Assembly: GCA_050950765.1 (NCBI GenBank)
Contig: JBMNIF010000003.1
Coordinates: forward strand, 224,001-288,000
DNA: 64,000 nt
Source: Bdellovibrionota bacterium
GTDB lineage: Bacteria; Bdellovibrionota_C; UBA2361; JAAYZI01
Direction: 5' to 3'
This document shows positions 10,156-20,593 of this stretch, one piece after another; position 1 is the stretch's first letter; each line of letters starts with the position of its first letter. A program made the position numbers and the translations under genes. The notes beneath the pieces are model-generated. The model was not told the DNA's origin, did no database searches, and saw only the letters and a list, made by a program, of their open reading frames with translations.

Positions 10156-11202
10156 GTGATGCTTAAAGAATATTCCATCGCTGAAATAGCTGAAAAAGTT
10201 GCAGGTACAGTTCAAGGAGATTCATCTCTACTCATCAAGGGGCTTTGCGCACTAAACGAACCGAAAGAAAGCGCTCTTACCTTTTCAACTGCCAAAACTC
10301 AAACTGCCTTAAAAAAAGCCTTAGCCGATCATCAACATAGCGCAGTCCTAATTAAAGAGGGGCTTAACCGTCCGGAAGATTCCTCTGCTACATGTATCGT
10401 AGTAAAAGATCCGCATCGTGCCTTACTAACATTGATTCCACTCTTTAGGGAAAAACTTGAAGTCCCGCGAGTAATCAGCCCAAAAGCAGAGATAGCAGAG
10501 TCTGCCAAGATCGGTAAAAACGTGGCGATAGGTGCCTTCTCTGTAATCGGTGAAGATTGTATTATTGAAGATGACGTTACAATACATCCACACGTCGTAA
10601 TCTATCGCGGTGCGCACATAGGAAAAGGTTCGGTTATTCACGCAGCCGCCATTATTCGTGAATTTTGCATTATCGAAAAAGGGGTAATTATTCAAAATGG
10701 CGCTGTTATTGGAGCTGATGGATTCGGATACATCCCCAATCAAGATGGTTCGCTATACCCCGTACCACAGATCGGTATCGCCCACTTAGAAGATGATGTT
10801 GAAATAGGTGCTAATAGTTGTGTTGACCGCGCCGCTCTCGGCACTACACGGATCGGTCAAGGTACAAAGATCGACAATCAAGTCCAGATCGGTCACAACA
10901 CCACGATTGGCAAACATTCAATAGTGTGTGGACAGGGAGGCATTGCAGGTAGCGCCCAGATCGGAGACCATGTTATGTTAGGAGCACGGATCGGAGTAAC
11001 CGATCACGCCAAAATAGTTTCAGGGTGTCGTTTTGCAGCCAGCACCAACGTTTATCAAAGTATTTTAACACCTGGAGATTATGCGGGCTCCCCTGCCATG
11101 CCGATTATGGAGTTTCGACGTGGTATGAATATCACTAAAAAACTTCCGAGTTTACTCTCCTCAATAAAAAAACAACAGAAAGGTTCCAATGAAAATCAAT
11201 AA
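10156..11202 (+). CDS. lpxD: UDP-3-O-(3-hydroxyacyl)glucosamine N-acyltransferase
   Basis: Hexapeptide repeats, IGADGFGY, VPQIG, VEIGANSCVDR, TKIDNQVQIGHN. Confidence 0.96.
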   Translation: MMLKEYSIAEIAEKVAGTVQGDSSLLIKGLCALNEPKESALTFSTAKTQTALKKALADHQHSAVLIKEGLNRPEDSSATCIVVKDPHRALLTLIPLFREKLEVPRVISPKAEIAESAKIGKNVAIGAFSVIGEDCIIEDDVTIHPHVVIYRGAHIGKGSVIHAAAIIREFCIIEKGVIIQNGAVIGADGFGYIPNQDGSLYPVPQIGIAHLEDDVEIGANSCVDRAALGTTRIGQGTKIDNQVQIGHNTTIGKHSIVCGQGGIAGSAQIGDHVMLGARIGVTDHAKIVSGCRFAASTNVYQSILTPGDYAGSPAMPIMEFRRGMNITKKLPSLLSSIKKQQKGSNENQ

Positions 11203-12811
11203 AATCTCACTACTTTTCATCCCATTATTAGTAGTCATAAGCGCTTGTAACGGCAAGCAGGAAGAAGTTGAGCCTACACCTAAAAAAGAAGAGCTGACGC
11301 TGAAACTTGTTTATGATCCTGAAATAGCGCCTGTTGCAAAATGGATTCAATCCCAGTACGAGGAGTTTGAACCACTCACAAACGGCAGAAAAGTGCAACT
11401 GAAGCTTCTTGAAAAACGGGGGGTAGTCGCTGCTGAGGAGATCGCTTCTGGGAAACTAAAAACGGATGTCTGGCTTTCTCCATCTACTGCCTTAACCGAC
11501 TATGCTAATTTTAACGTACGCAACCTCGGAGCCAAACAGGTAGATTGCACAGGTTTATTTAGTACGCCGATGATTGCAGCAGCCAAACAAAGCACCAAGA
11601 GCTTTCTTAAAGCAGAAAATAACACCATAAATCTTAGCCGTTTTTTAGAAGAAGATACTAAGAGCTTAGGACTGTTTTCAATTAATCACACCTTACCTGA
11701 ACTCTCTCAAAGCGGACTATCTGCCTTGATTGAACTGCTACACATCGCCACAACCGAAAATTCGGGGATGCTGCAACCAAAGATCTTAGATCAAGCTACG
11801 GTAAAAAAGAACTTATCTAAGTTTGAATCTTATGCTTCCACTTATAAGGAGTCTGCCGCTGATATTTTAGAGTGGATTGCTAAATCTCCTATTAGCACAC
11901 ATCCATTGGCGATCGTCTCTGAACAAGAGCTTATTCAACACAACCTTAAAAACACTACCTCCAGTCGTGCAGAATTAGTCTCACTTTATCCCGTAGAAGG
12001 ATCTTATTGGATGAGTTACAACATCTGCAGATCTGATGTTGATTGGATAGATCAAGCCACCATCTCCGCCTATAAGCAACTTGTCACCTTTTTAACATCA
12101 GAAGATGCACAGAAATATATCTTAAGTTTAGGATTCCGTCCTGTTAGAATTTCAACTTTATCGGCACCATTTACGAAGGCTCTCGGAGTTGATCCGAAAC
12201 TACCAACAAAACTACTATTACCTCCGCAAGGAGCGCTTATCACAGATCTCTTAAAAGCGTGGCCATCTTTAAAACGTCCTGCGGCAACAACGTTTATCGT
12301 TGATACTTCAGGCAGTATGGAGGGAGAGGATTTAATCTCCGTAAAAAATAATCTTTTGATCGCTGTCGATAAGATGTCTAATGAAGATGTTGCTGCATTG
12401 ATTACCTTTTCAGCATCTGCAAAAGTTGATCTAGAATTTTCAAATAACAAACGTAAATTAAAAGATAAGATCTCAAGCCTGACGGCAGCTAGCGACAGCG
12501 CTCTATATGATGCTATTAACTTAGGCTTGCAATCGTTATCATTTTCAAAATTCCCCAATCATAGAAAAAATATTATTCTGATTACAGACAGTAAAGATAG
12601 TGGTTCCTCGATTTCATTTTCAGTTTTGCAGGAATCGCTACAAAATACTTTGCGGCATCACCAAGTAAATCTTCATATCGTAGCTATTGATCGCAGTGAT
12701 TTACAGATTGAACCTCTAAAGAATCTGGCAACACTTTCAGGAGGAAATCTCATACAAACTAATAGTGCAGCTCTATACAACGTCTTAACAATGCTGTTGA
12801 AGCAGCTGTGA
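11189..12811 (+). CDS. Lipoprotein with substrate-binding domain and C-terminal VWA domain
   Basis: Lipobox ISAC, DVWLSPS/FSTPM SBP-type segment, VDTSGSM MIDAS motif, ALYDA, ILITD. Confidence 0.8.
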   Translation: MKINKISLLFIPLLVVISACNGKQEEVEPTPKKEELTLKLVYDPEIAPVAKWIQSQYEEFEPLTNGRKVQLKLLEKRGVVAAEEIASGKLKTDVWLSPSTALTDYANFNVRNLGAKQVDCTGLFSTPMIAAAKQSTKSFLKAENNTINLSRFLEEDTKSLGLFSINHTLPELSQSGLSALIELLHIATTENSGMLQPKILDQATVKKNLSKFESYASTYKESAADILEWIAKSPISTHPLAIVSEQELIQHNLKNTTSSRAELVSLYPVEGSYWMSYNICRSDVDWIDQATISAYKQLVTFLTSEDAQKYILSLGFRPVRISTLSAPFTKALGVDPKLPTKLLLPPQGALITDLLKAWPSLKRPAATTFIVDTSGSMEGEDLISVKNNLLIAVDKMSNEDVAALITFSASAKVDLEFSNNKRKLKDKISSLTAASDSALYDAINLGLQSLSFSKFPNHRKNIILITDSKDSGSSISFSVLQESLQNTLRHHQVNLHIVAIDRSDLQIEPLKNLATLSGGNLIQTNSAALYNVLTMLLKQL

Positions 12812-13069
12812 TGATTGATCTACATGATACAGGAACGACAGAATATCTGCCACTAAAGCAAAACTTTCCGCTGGGATGGCTTGTCCAATACCAACACCGT
12901 TAAGCATCTGAACTAAAGTTTCATCTTGCCGAACAGGAATGCCGTGTTCTTCAGCAAGCGCTATTATATGTTCAGCCATACGGTTAGATCCGACTGCTGT
13001 TACCTGAGGCAACTCTTCCTGTTCACTATATTGCAAAGCTATCGCTTTATCAGGTCTTTTAGTCTGCAC
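12785..13069 (-). CDS. FlhB cytoplasmic-domain-like protein (EscU/YscU/HrcU switch family, YlqH-like)
   Basis: KAIALQY...PQVTAVG...AEHIIALAEEHGIPVRQD..L...IP..FALVADILSFLY. Confidence 0.9.
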   Translation of the reverse strand: MQTKRPDKAIALQYSEQEELPQVTAVGSNRMAEHIIALAEEHGIPVRQDETLVQMLNGVGIGQAIPAESFALVADILSFLYHVDQSSQLLQQHC

Positions 13070-13550
13070 AAATAATACCCTTCTCTACCGCCTTCTTTTT
13101 TAGCCGTTCCAGCTCTTGCGGCAAACGCCAACCTCCCAATTTAGGCTGTTCATCGTCACCAAACAAAAGTTGATTTGATTTTTCATAATCGTATAACGCA
13201 CCGACAAAGGTTAAAGTAGAACGTGTCGAATACTCTTCAATAAAATGATTCAGGGAACGATTAGCATGTGCCAGCGAGCGACGAATATCTCTCTCAACAG
13301 ATTCCATATTGTCGCCATTTTTTATAAAGGCTGCTCTGAAACGATCCGCCAACTCTTCTGCTGATACGGAATCATCCCACTCCATCTGTTCGATAGCACG
13401 GTGTGCCCGACTCCTTTTTGATTCTCGTAACACGATAAAACGTGCCACAAAAGCCGTCCTTCGAGCCCTAACCAACGACAACCCTGACGGCTTCCCACCA
13501 TTCGTATCCCATTGCTGCATTACAGATACCTCCATGCCATACCTCCACAC
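13059..13550 (-). CDS. Hypothetical protein
   Basis: 163-aa ORF whose stop overlaps the start of the FlhB-like gene; no motif recognised; start uncertain. Confidence 0.65.
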   Translation of the reverse strand: MWRYGMEVSVMQQWDTNGGKPSGLSLVRARRTAFVARFIVLRESKRSRAHRAIEQMEWDDSVSAEELADRFRAAFIKNGDNMESVERDIRRSLAHANRSLNHFIEEYSTRSTLTFVGALYDYEKSNQLLFGDDEQPKLGGWRLPQELERLKKKAVEKGIICAD

Positions 13551-13822
13551 ACAACTCTTCTCTTATCCCCAGATATTTTCCTATTTTCTTTTACAAACTA
13601 ACCTTTCCCCTTTTTATGACCTCTGTTTTCATATTTCGACAAAACCTATTTTCAACTTAAAGAATAATTTTATCATCAATAAATGCCAGTTAATTCAAGA
13701 TATTAGACACCTGTTTTATCTATTACGACCCTTTTAGATCCAAGCACTTTGAGATAGGAAGCCACACGTTTTTTACCGTATAACTTGTAATAATAAAGTG
13801 TCTGACGGATACTGCCGCCACT

Positions 13823-14941
13823 ATGAACGAGAACTTGTCAGATAAAATAGATAGCTTTAAAGAGAGAGGGATAGCACTGCTATATGACGACAGCTCTGAT
13901 CTAAACAACGCCGTACTGGTCGCTGCAGCGCAAACTCTTTCACCTAAACTAATGAATGATGTTCTTGAATTAAGTAAAGGCGGTATCACTTCCGTTGCTA
14001 TTAGTGCCGATCGAGCCACAGCTTTAGAACTCCAACCGATGACTAGACCGCGCACAACACCTACAAAACTGAATATTAATTCTAAGTTTTGTATCTCTGT
14101 AGATGCTAGAGAAGGTATTACAACAGGAATCAGCGCTTCTGACCGTGCAGATACCATCCGTATCATCGGGGAAGAGTTCCCCTCTCCTCGCAAACTTGTT
14201 AAACCTGGACACGTTTTTCCATTAGAAACAGTTACAGGCGGAGTTTTAGTAAAAAATGCTTTGCCGGAAGGAGCTTTAGACCTTGTCAAGTTAGCAGGCT
14301 ATACCGATGCAGCTCTCTTTGTTGATGTCCTTAATGATCTGGGAGATTTTTTAGAAAAAGAGGGGCAGCTAAAATTAGTAGAAAAACACCACCTTGCTAG
14401 GATCTCACTAAGCGATCTTATAAAATACAGGCTTAGTACAGAACAATTGATTCAAAGGGTAGCTGAAGCAAAACTTCCCACAAAAACAGATGATGGACTC
14501 CGTTCTTATATGTACAAGTCGAAGTTTTTTAGTGGAGAGCATATCGCTCTTGTGCATGGAGAGATTGACCCGTCGAAGCCAGTCCTGACTCGCGTACAAA
14601 CAGAAGCTACATTAGCTGATGTTTTTGGAGGCAATACTCCTCCGACACGTCGCTTATTACAAGCCTCGATTGCTGCTATAAAGCAACGTGAATGTGGAAT
14701 CTTTTTATATCTAAAAAATACTAACCTCGGATATCTGCAACAACAGGTAAAAAACACAAAACCTGCCGAACTTAATTTAGAAGCTCCAACTATTATAAGA
14801 GAATACGGTATCGGTGCGCAGATTTTATACGATCTAGGAGCACGTAAAATAGAGATTTTAAGCAACTCCTCAAAAAATTTAGTCGGCTTAAAATCATACG
14901 GGATTGAGATAGTCTCTCAAATTCCGATACCGCAAAATTAA
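13823..14941 (+). CDS. RibBA-like protein (DHBP synthase + GTP cyclohydrolase II folds), catalytic motifs degenerate
   Basis: GITTGISASDRA, KPGHVFPL, EHIALVHG, REYGIGAQILYDLG..KIEILSN. Confidence 0.85.
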   Translation: MNENLSDKIDSFKERGIALLYDDSSDLNNAVLVAAAQTLSPKLMNDVLELSKGGITSVAISADRATALELQPMTRPRTTPTKLNINSKFCISVDAREGITTGISASDRADTIRIIGEEFPSPRKLVKPGHVFPLETVTGGVLVKNALPEGALDLVKLAGYTDAALFVDVLNDLGDFLEKEGQLKLVEKHHLARISLSDLIKYRLSTEQLIQRVAEAKLPTKTDDGLRSYMYKSKFFSGEHIALVHGEIDPSKPVLTRVQTEATLADVFGGNTPPTRRLLQASIAAIKQRECGIFLYLKNTNLGYLQQQVKNTKPAELNLEAPTIIREYGIGAQILYDLGARKIEILSNSSKNLVGLKSYGIEIVSQIPIPQN

Positions 14942-15130
14942 TTTCCCCCCAACGAAAAATCGCTAGAGTGAACCTCTCCTTTAACCTTTTATCTTAGCAG
15001 ATCTATTCGATAATGTTGGACATTCCCGCATATTGATGACATAACATGCCTATTTGATTTATAAACTAAATCGGCATCTTGAAATATAAACAAGATTAAG
15101 AAGTACTTTTTATTTTCCAATGGAGACAAA

Positions 15131-16405
15131 ATGGGAGAGATCTCGTTTGCTGATGTGGTACACCAATCAATTACATTTTCAAAGGACGATCCTAATGAAC
15201 GTTTGGTACTAGATTTAATAGATACAAAATGGGTTCAACGTTTACGCGACATCAGTCAAACAGCCAATACTAAACTGGTCTATATGTTCTCTGAGCATTC
15301 CCGTTTCGGGCACAGTGTCGGAGTTGCTTACCTAGCCTGCCAGTTAATGGCTCGTCTTTCTCGTCACTACTACACTGATATCGAACCTTATCGGATGGCA
15401 GTAGCAGTTGCTGCTCTTTTGCACGATATCGGACACCTTGCTCCAGGATCTCATGCCGCACAACGAGCTTGGTTTCCCGATCAGAAAGACGGGCATGAAA
15501 AAACTGCCGTTAATATCATTAAGTCAGATCCGGAGATATGCGGACTTTTATCATCTAAGGGTATAGTCGAAACAGTTGCCGCAATCTTAAGCGAAGATCC
15601 TGATCTACCGCCTTGGACATGGGAGATTATCTCAGGAGGTGGCTGGAACGTTGATAGAGGCAACTGGTGTACAGTTGATAGTATCTTAGCTGGAGTTTCG
15701 TATGGCAAATACAATATTCCTGCTTTAACAGATGCTATCCTATTAACAAAAGATAAGCATCTTGCGCTACAAGAGAGTCGTCTTGATGCTATGTTGCATT
15801 TTGCAATCTCCAGACAAGCTATGTATCGACAGGTATATCAACATCGAGTTCTGCTAGCGTGTGATATCTTGGCGCAATCTATAGTTATGCGTGCTCGAGA
15901 TCTTATCAAACACGATAATTTTGCTGATATCTTTTGCGATCAAACTATGCAACACGCCCTCCACGCCGAAACCACAGAAGACCTCTCTTTACAAGACATT
16001 TTTAAAATGCGCGAATCTTGGTTCAAGTATCACTTAGGGTGTTGGAGTGATTCTTCAGATCCAATCTTAGCTGATCTAAGCTCCAGACTTCTTTACAGAC
16101 GCCTTCTAAAAACAGTTCGTATCAATGATGACGATGATGAAGAAAAATTAACACAAGAAGCAGAAGCCGCCGTAACAAAATGTGGTTACGACCCACGTTA
16201 CTACCTCTTTAAGGTTAAAACTGCTGATATCAATGCCGGAGATGCTGAGCAATCGATCCTTGTGCAGATGGATAACGGTCAGATAAAACCGTTTTATAAA
16301 TCAGAGCCACTTTATAGCAGTATGCTTATGGAGTCGAAAACAGAGCTACGTCAATGGCTAGCTTTGCCTGAGGATGCTAAAAAGTTATTAAAAAGGGAGC
16401 GATAA
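15131..16405 (+). CDS. HD-domain phosphohydrolase (SAMHD1/dNTPase-like)
   Basis: IDTKWVQRLRDISQ, EHSRFGHSVG, ALLHDIGH, RQAMYRQVYQH. Confidence 0.88.
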   Translation: MGEISFADVVHQSITFSKDDPNERLVLDLIDTKWVQRLRDISQTANTKLVYMFSEHSRFGHSVGVAYLACQLMARLSRHYYTDIEPYRMAVAVAALLHDIGHLAPGSHAAQRAWFPDQKDGHEKTAVNIIKSDPEICGLLSSKGIVETVAAILSEDPDLPPWTWEIISGGGWNVDRGNWCTVDSILAGVSYGKYNIPALTDAILLTKDKHLALQESRLDAMLHFAISRQAMYRQVYQHRVLLACDILAQSIVMRARDLIKHDNFADIFCDQTMQHALHAETTEDLSLQDIFKMRESWFKYHLGCWSDSSDPILADLSSRLLYRRLLKTVRINDDDDEEKLTQEAEAAVTKCGYDPRYYLFKVKTADINAGDAEQSILVQMDNGQIKPFYKSEPLYSSMLMESKTELRQWLALPEDAKKLLKRER

Positions 16406-16474
16406 TTTGCTAATTTTACAGTTTATAACCCACTAAAAAACTTTTATAATACTTTAGTTAATTACTATGAGGGT

Positions 16475-17503
16475 ATGCTAAAAATGTCAGCTGAAAATTT
16501 CGCAGGGAAAACAGTTCTAATTACGGGTGGAACGGGAAGTTTCGGTAGACAGTTTGCTTTGACGTTTTTAAACAGATATCCAAACTTAAAAAAACTGATT
16601 ATCTTATCACGAGATGAATTTAAACAGTTTGAGATGCAAAATCTGGAAGACTTTAAAAAACATTCTTCAGTTTTGCGTTTCTTTATTGGAGATGTCCGCG
16701 AGAAAGACCGCCTGATGCGAGCCTTTGAGGGAGTTGACTTCGTTATTCATGCCGCCGCTCTAAAACAGGTACCAACGTGTGAATACAACCCTTTTGAAGC
16801 GATAAAAACAAATATTTTAGGTGCACAAAACGTTATCAACGCTGCTCTTGATATGGGAGTGCAAAAAGTTATTGCACTTTCTACTGATAAGGCTTGTGCT
16901 CCGATTAATTTATACGGTGCCACAAAATTATGTTCGGATAAATTATTTATCGCCGCCAACGCTTATGCTGGAACAAAGAATTGTAAATTTGCTGTTGTAA
17001 GATATGGGAATGTCGCGGGATCACGTGGATCTGTTGTGCCGTTTTTTCAAAAGCTCGTAAGAGAAAATGCCTCGGAGATACCGATTACAGATTATCGTAT
17101 GACCCGCTTTTGGTTAAACTTAGAGCAGGCTGTTGAGATGGTTCTCCAAGCGTTGAACACGATGCGTGGTGGTGAGTTATATGTAAAAAAGCTTCCGTCA
17201 ATGCGCATAGTTGATTTAGCAACTGCCATAGCTCCTAATATTAAAACGGTAGAGATCGGAGTTCGTCCAGGAGAAAAGATCCACGAACAGATGATCGTAA
17301 ATGAAGATGCCTTACGAACAGTTGAGTTCGACGATCACTACATAATTTTACGTGAAAAAGAGTTCAAAACAGGCACCCCCGATTGTAGAGGCGGAAAACT
17401 CGTAGCACCTGATTTCGAATACCACTCCGGCAAAAACACAGAGTGGCTAACAGTTGAGGATATTAGATCTCTTTTAAAGGTAAGAAAATCTTCTGCTATT
17501 TAA
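16475..17503 (+). CDS. pseB: UDP-N-acetylglucosamine 4,6-dehydratase (inverting)
   Basis: ITGGTGSFG, SRDEFKQ, HAAALKQVPTCEYNP, LSTDKA..PINLYGATKLCSDKLF, VRYGNVAGSRGSV, MTRFW, RPGEKIHE. Confidence 0.95.
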   Translation: MLKMSAENFAGKTVLITGGTGSFGRQFALTFLNRYPNLKKLIILSRDEFKQFEMQNLEDFKKHSSVLRFFIGDVREKDRLMRAFEGVDFVIHAAALKQVPTCEYNPFEAIKTNILGAQNVINAALDMGVQKVIALSTDKACAPINLYGATKLCSDKLFIAANAYAGTKNCKFAVVRYGNVAGSRGSVVPFFQKLVRENASEIPITDYRMTRFWLNLEQAVEMVLQALNTMRGGELYVKKLPSMRIVDLATAIAPNIKTVEIGVRPGEKIHEQMIVNEDALRTVEFDDHYIILREKEFKTGTPDCRGGKLVAPDFEYHSGKNTEWLTVEDIRSLLKVRKSSAI

Positions 17504-17756
17504 ATATTTTTACCTTCCCCAATTAGCTTTACATAAACACCATTTCTGGCGGTAATATCTTCACAAACTTTTCCTTTTTTTTTGCTGCTATTTGCGACTT
17601 CTTCATCACGCTTATTTTCACTGCTATTAGCACAGTATTTAATTTCTCGCTTAATATTACACCCTTTCTAAAAACAGACTTAAGTCATCGTTTTTCTTGA
17701 ATCTATTATAATCTGCTTTACATCAAATATTAGTCCCTTACCCTCTTGGAGAAAAC

Positions 17757-19715
17757 ATGGATAATTCTTTTGATAAAGCACACGATTTGATTCTTTTTTA
17801 TAGTCCAGAAAGTGCAATTGATCCTCACTTCACCACCCAATGCTATCTAGCAAAAACCCTTCAAGAACTGGGATATAAAGTTATAATGGCACGTTGCACA
17901 GGAGTTTTTTTCCGCTGCCCCGTTATGGATATGTTCAAGTTGGGTGATCCTCCTCAAAAAGAAGAAAGTTGCGCTATCTGCCGTTTCCAAAGTAAAAAAA
18001 TGCAGCTCAGCTACAACCTTCAATTTCTTGAGTTGGGTGATTTTGTTACTCCTGATATAATCAATATCCTTAATGAAAACACTTCAAAGATCGCCAACGA
18101 TCCTTTTAATTTTGAATTTGACGGCATTAAGTTCGGGAAACTTTGCTCATCAGATGTAGTCCTTGCAAAAAAGGAATATCAATTTGATGGAGAGTTACGC
18201 CAAGATATTCATGCAAGCTTTATATATTATATCAACAGCGCACTTTTAAGTTATCTCTTGGCGGATACCTTATTTAAAACATTACCAATAAAGCGCATCT
18301 TATATTTTAATGAATACTCCCTCTTTCACGCTGCCGGTCTAGCTGCTCAAAAAAATGGAATTTTAGTCAGTGCCGTAACCTTAGCTCCTCATCAAAACAA
18401 TGACCGCAGACAGATCGTTATAATGCACGATTTAATGCTTAGCGAGTTTCTTGAAAGAAACAAGATCTGGGATGACTGGCGCAATCTCCGTTTGTCAAAG
18501 GAACAAATTCAAGGTATCAGTCGTGATAGTCTGATGCGTTTCGGGTGTGGTGGAAATTGTACCTACTCTCCTTCAAAAACATTAGAAACAGGTGATATCC
18601 GTGCAAAATTCGGTATTCCCAAAGGGCGTAAACTCTTGGTTGCTTATACCAGCTCCTTTGATGAATTTTTTGCTACCTCTTATCACTTAGAAGGGGCAAA
18701 TTATGTGCGGAAGCCACGCTTTGAAACATTTAAAACTCAGATAGAGTGGCTACAAGCATTATTAGATCTCGTTTCAAGACGGGATGATCTATACCTGATA
18801 ATTCGGATTCATCCTAGGGAAGGATCAGGTGAAAGAAATGCTGCGGAATCTGCACACCTGCAACAACTACGTAAAGCATTCCCTGATACCTATCAAAATT
18901 GCCGTATTATCTGGCCAACAGAAAACACCTCAAGTTATGATTTAGGAGAACAAGCCGATCTCGTTCTGGTCAGTTGGAGCACTATCGGACTGGAGATGGC
19001 TCGTCTAGGAGTACCCACTCTAGCCATGACTCAAGAATACTGGGCATTTCCTAAAGATGACTTTCTCGAATATGCCAGCACACCAAAAGAATATTTTGAG
19101 AAGATAGGTCTCCTTTTAAAAGCTCCTCCTCTACTTAAAACTATCAAACACGCTTATCGCTGGTACTTTGCATACGCCTTAGCTAACGCTTTAGATTTTA
19201 GTGATGTTATCGAAAATAATAATTTTAGCGGCATACCACCTTTTAAATTGTCTGAATCAGCAAAAACATTAGAAGATGTTATCATCAATCACACCTCAAC
19301 AGATGATTTTAATTTACAAAAACAACGTACTCTACAAGCTACCGTTTCTAATGAAGAAGAGGAATCTGCCTTACGTTGCGAATGCCGCCGAATTATCCAT
19401 TTTCTATGCTGCGCTAAGCTTATAGAGGGAGATAATAAACTTCTACTAGTGCAGTGCTCTGATGATCTTTTTGAAGAGATAAGCGCTCAACACTTAACAG
19501 AGATTAACCCCCAGAAAATTAACATTATCTTGTATAACTCCACAGGACTTCTAAAGTATTTTAACAATGAAGAGCTTATTTTAAAAACATCCCCTATGGC
19601 TATTCGTTTAGCACTCCTCTCTGCTAACGATTTTATGCTTGCTACAAATAAGCAGGAACTTGCCGATAATTTAAAAAAAATAACAGATTCTATCTCTGCA
19701 AATGATGTCTTATAA
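17757..19715 (+). CDS. Capsule-synthesis (KpsS/KpsC-like) glycosyltransferase-type protein
   Basis: FKTQIEWL, LIIRIHPRE, SSYDL...LVSWSTIGLEMARLGVP motifs; lies within the Pse cluster. Confidence 0.6.
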   Translation: MDNSFDKAHDLILFYSPESAIDPHFTTQCYLAKTLQELGYKVIMARCTGVFFRCPVMDMFKLGDPPQKEESCAICRFQSKKMQLSYNLQFLELGDFVTPDIINILNENTSKIANDPFNFEFDGIKFGKLCSSDVVLAKKEYQFDGELRQDIHASFIYYINSALLSYLLADTLFKTLPIKRILYFNEYSLFHAAGLAAQKNGILVSAVTLAPHQNNDRRQIVIMHDLMLSEFLERNKIWDDWRNLRLSKEQIQGISRDSLMRFGCGGNCTYSPSKTLETGDIRAKFGIPKGRKLLVAYTSSFDEFFATSYHLEGANYVRKPRFETFKTQIEWLQALLDLVSRRDDLYLIIRIHPREGSGERNAAESAHLQQLRKAFPDTYQNCRIIWPTENTSSYDLGEQADLVLVSWSTIGLEMARLGVPTLAMTQEYWAFPKDDFLEYASTPKEYFEKIGLLLKAPPLLKTIKHAYRWYFAYALANALDFSDVIENNNFSGIPPFKLSESAKTLEDVIINHTSTDDFNLQKQRTLQATVSNEEEESALRCECRRIIHFLCCAKLIEGDNKLLLVQCSDDLFEEISAQHLTEINPQKINIILYNSTGLLKYFNNEELILKTSPMAIRLALLSANDFMLATNKQELADNLKKITDSISANDVL

Positions 19716-19897
19716 AATTTACTACATTTTCACTGACATTATCAGGAAGTTCAAAAGTAAGTTGACCTCTATTTTGCCTCACTAGGCACGCCTCAAGTAT
19801 AGCAAAAAACGCTTCTTCCTCTGTAATTAAGGCTATCGTTTTGTTAAGATAAAACGTGCAGCTATCTTCCCTGCGCCAAAAACAGCAACCGAAAAAG

Positions 19898-20593
19898 TCA
19901 TCTTGCCCTTTCCATTAGAATCTTAAATTTCACTTCAGCCGTCTCCCAATCCTCTAGCGTATCAATATCTTGAACCTCAGAATCTGAAAGCACGATCGCT
20001 CTGGAGTTTTCACAAAAAAGGCGTTTATCACGCTCTAAGGCAGGCGCCCGCAAACAGTAAAACTGTCCGGCATCGTGATACTGCGCTTCTAAATCTTGAG
20101 ATCGGACATTGTAGTTTTCAGGATAAAGCATCTTTAGCTCCTGCCCTCTGATAACCAACGCACGCGCCGGAGGGTATGAAAACTTAACAACAGGAACTAC
20201 ACTATCTACATTCTCCGTTATAAGTAGCTGCATAGCGTCCCTCAATCTTGCCGCTTTAATAAACGGTGCACACGGATAAACACAACTAAGATAATCAAAA
20301 GATTGCCCCAACGCTTTATACTTCTCTAAACACTCCAGCAAAACAGGTACCGTCATAGCTAAATCGCTAGCAGTCTCTGCACTTCTAAAAAAGGGGACAT
20401 CTGCTCCATACTGTTTAGCGATCTCTGCTATCTCAGCGTCATCCGTAGAAACCATTACTTCATCAAAAACTTTACTTTCCAAAGCTGCTTCAATAGAAAA
20501 AGCTATAATAGGACGTCCTAGAAAAGGTTTAATGTTTTTACGCGGGATACGCTTACTTCCACCACGTGCTGGGATAATAGCGATACTTTTCAT
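19898..20593 (-). CDS. pseF: Pseudaminic acid cytidylyltransferase
   Basis: IAIIPARGGSKRIPRKNIKPF, VSTDD, RSQDL..YHDAGQFY, QDIDTLEDW. Confidence 0.93.
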   Translation of the reverse strand: MKSIAIIPARGGSKRIPRKNIKPFLGRPIIAFSIEAALESKVFDEVMVSTDDAEIAEIAKQYGADVPFFRSAETASDLAMTVPVLLECLEKYKALGQSFDYLSCVYPCAPFIKAARLRDAMQLLITENVDSVVPVVKFSYPPARALVIRGQELKMLYPENYNVRSQDLEAQYHDAGQFYCLRAPALERDKRLFCENSRAIVLSDSEVQDIDTLEDWETAEVKFKILMERAR

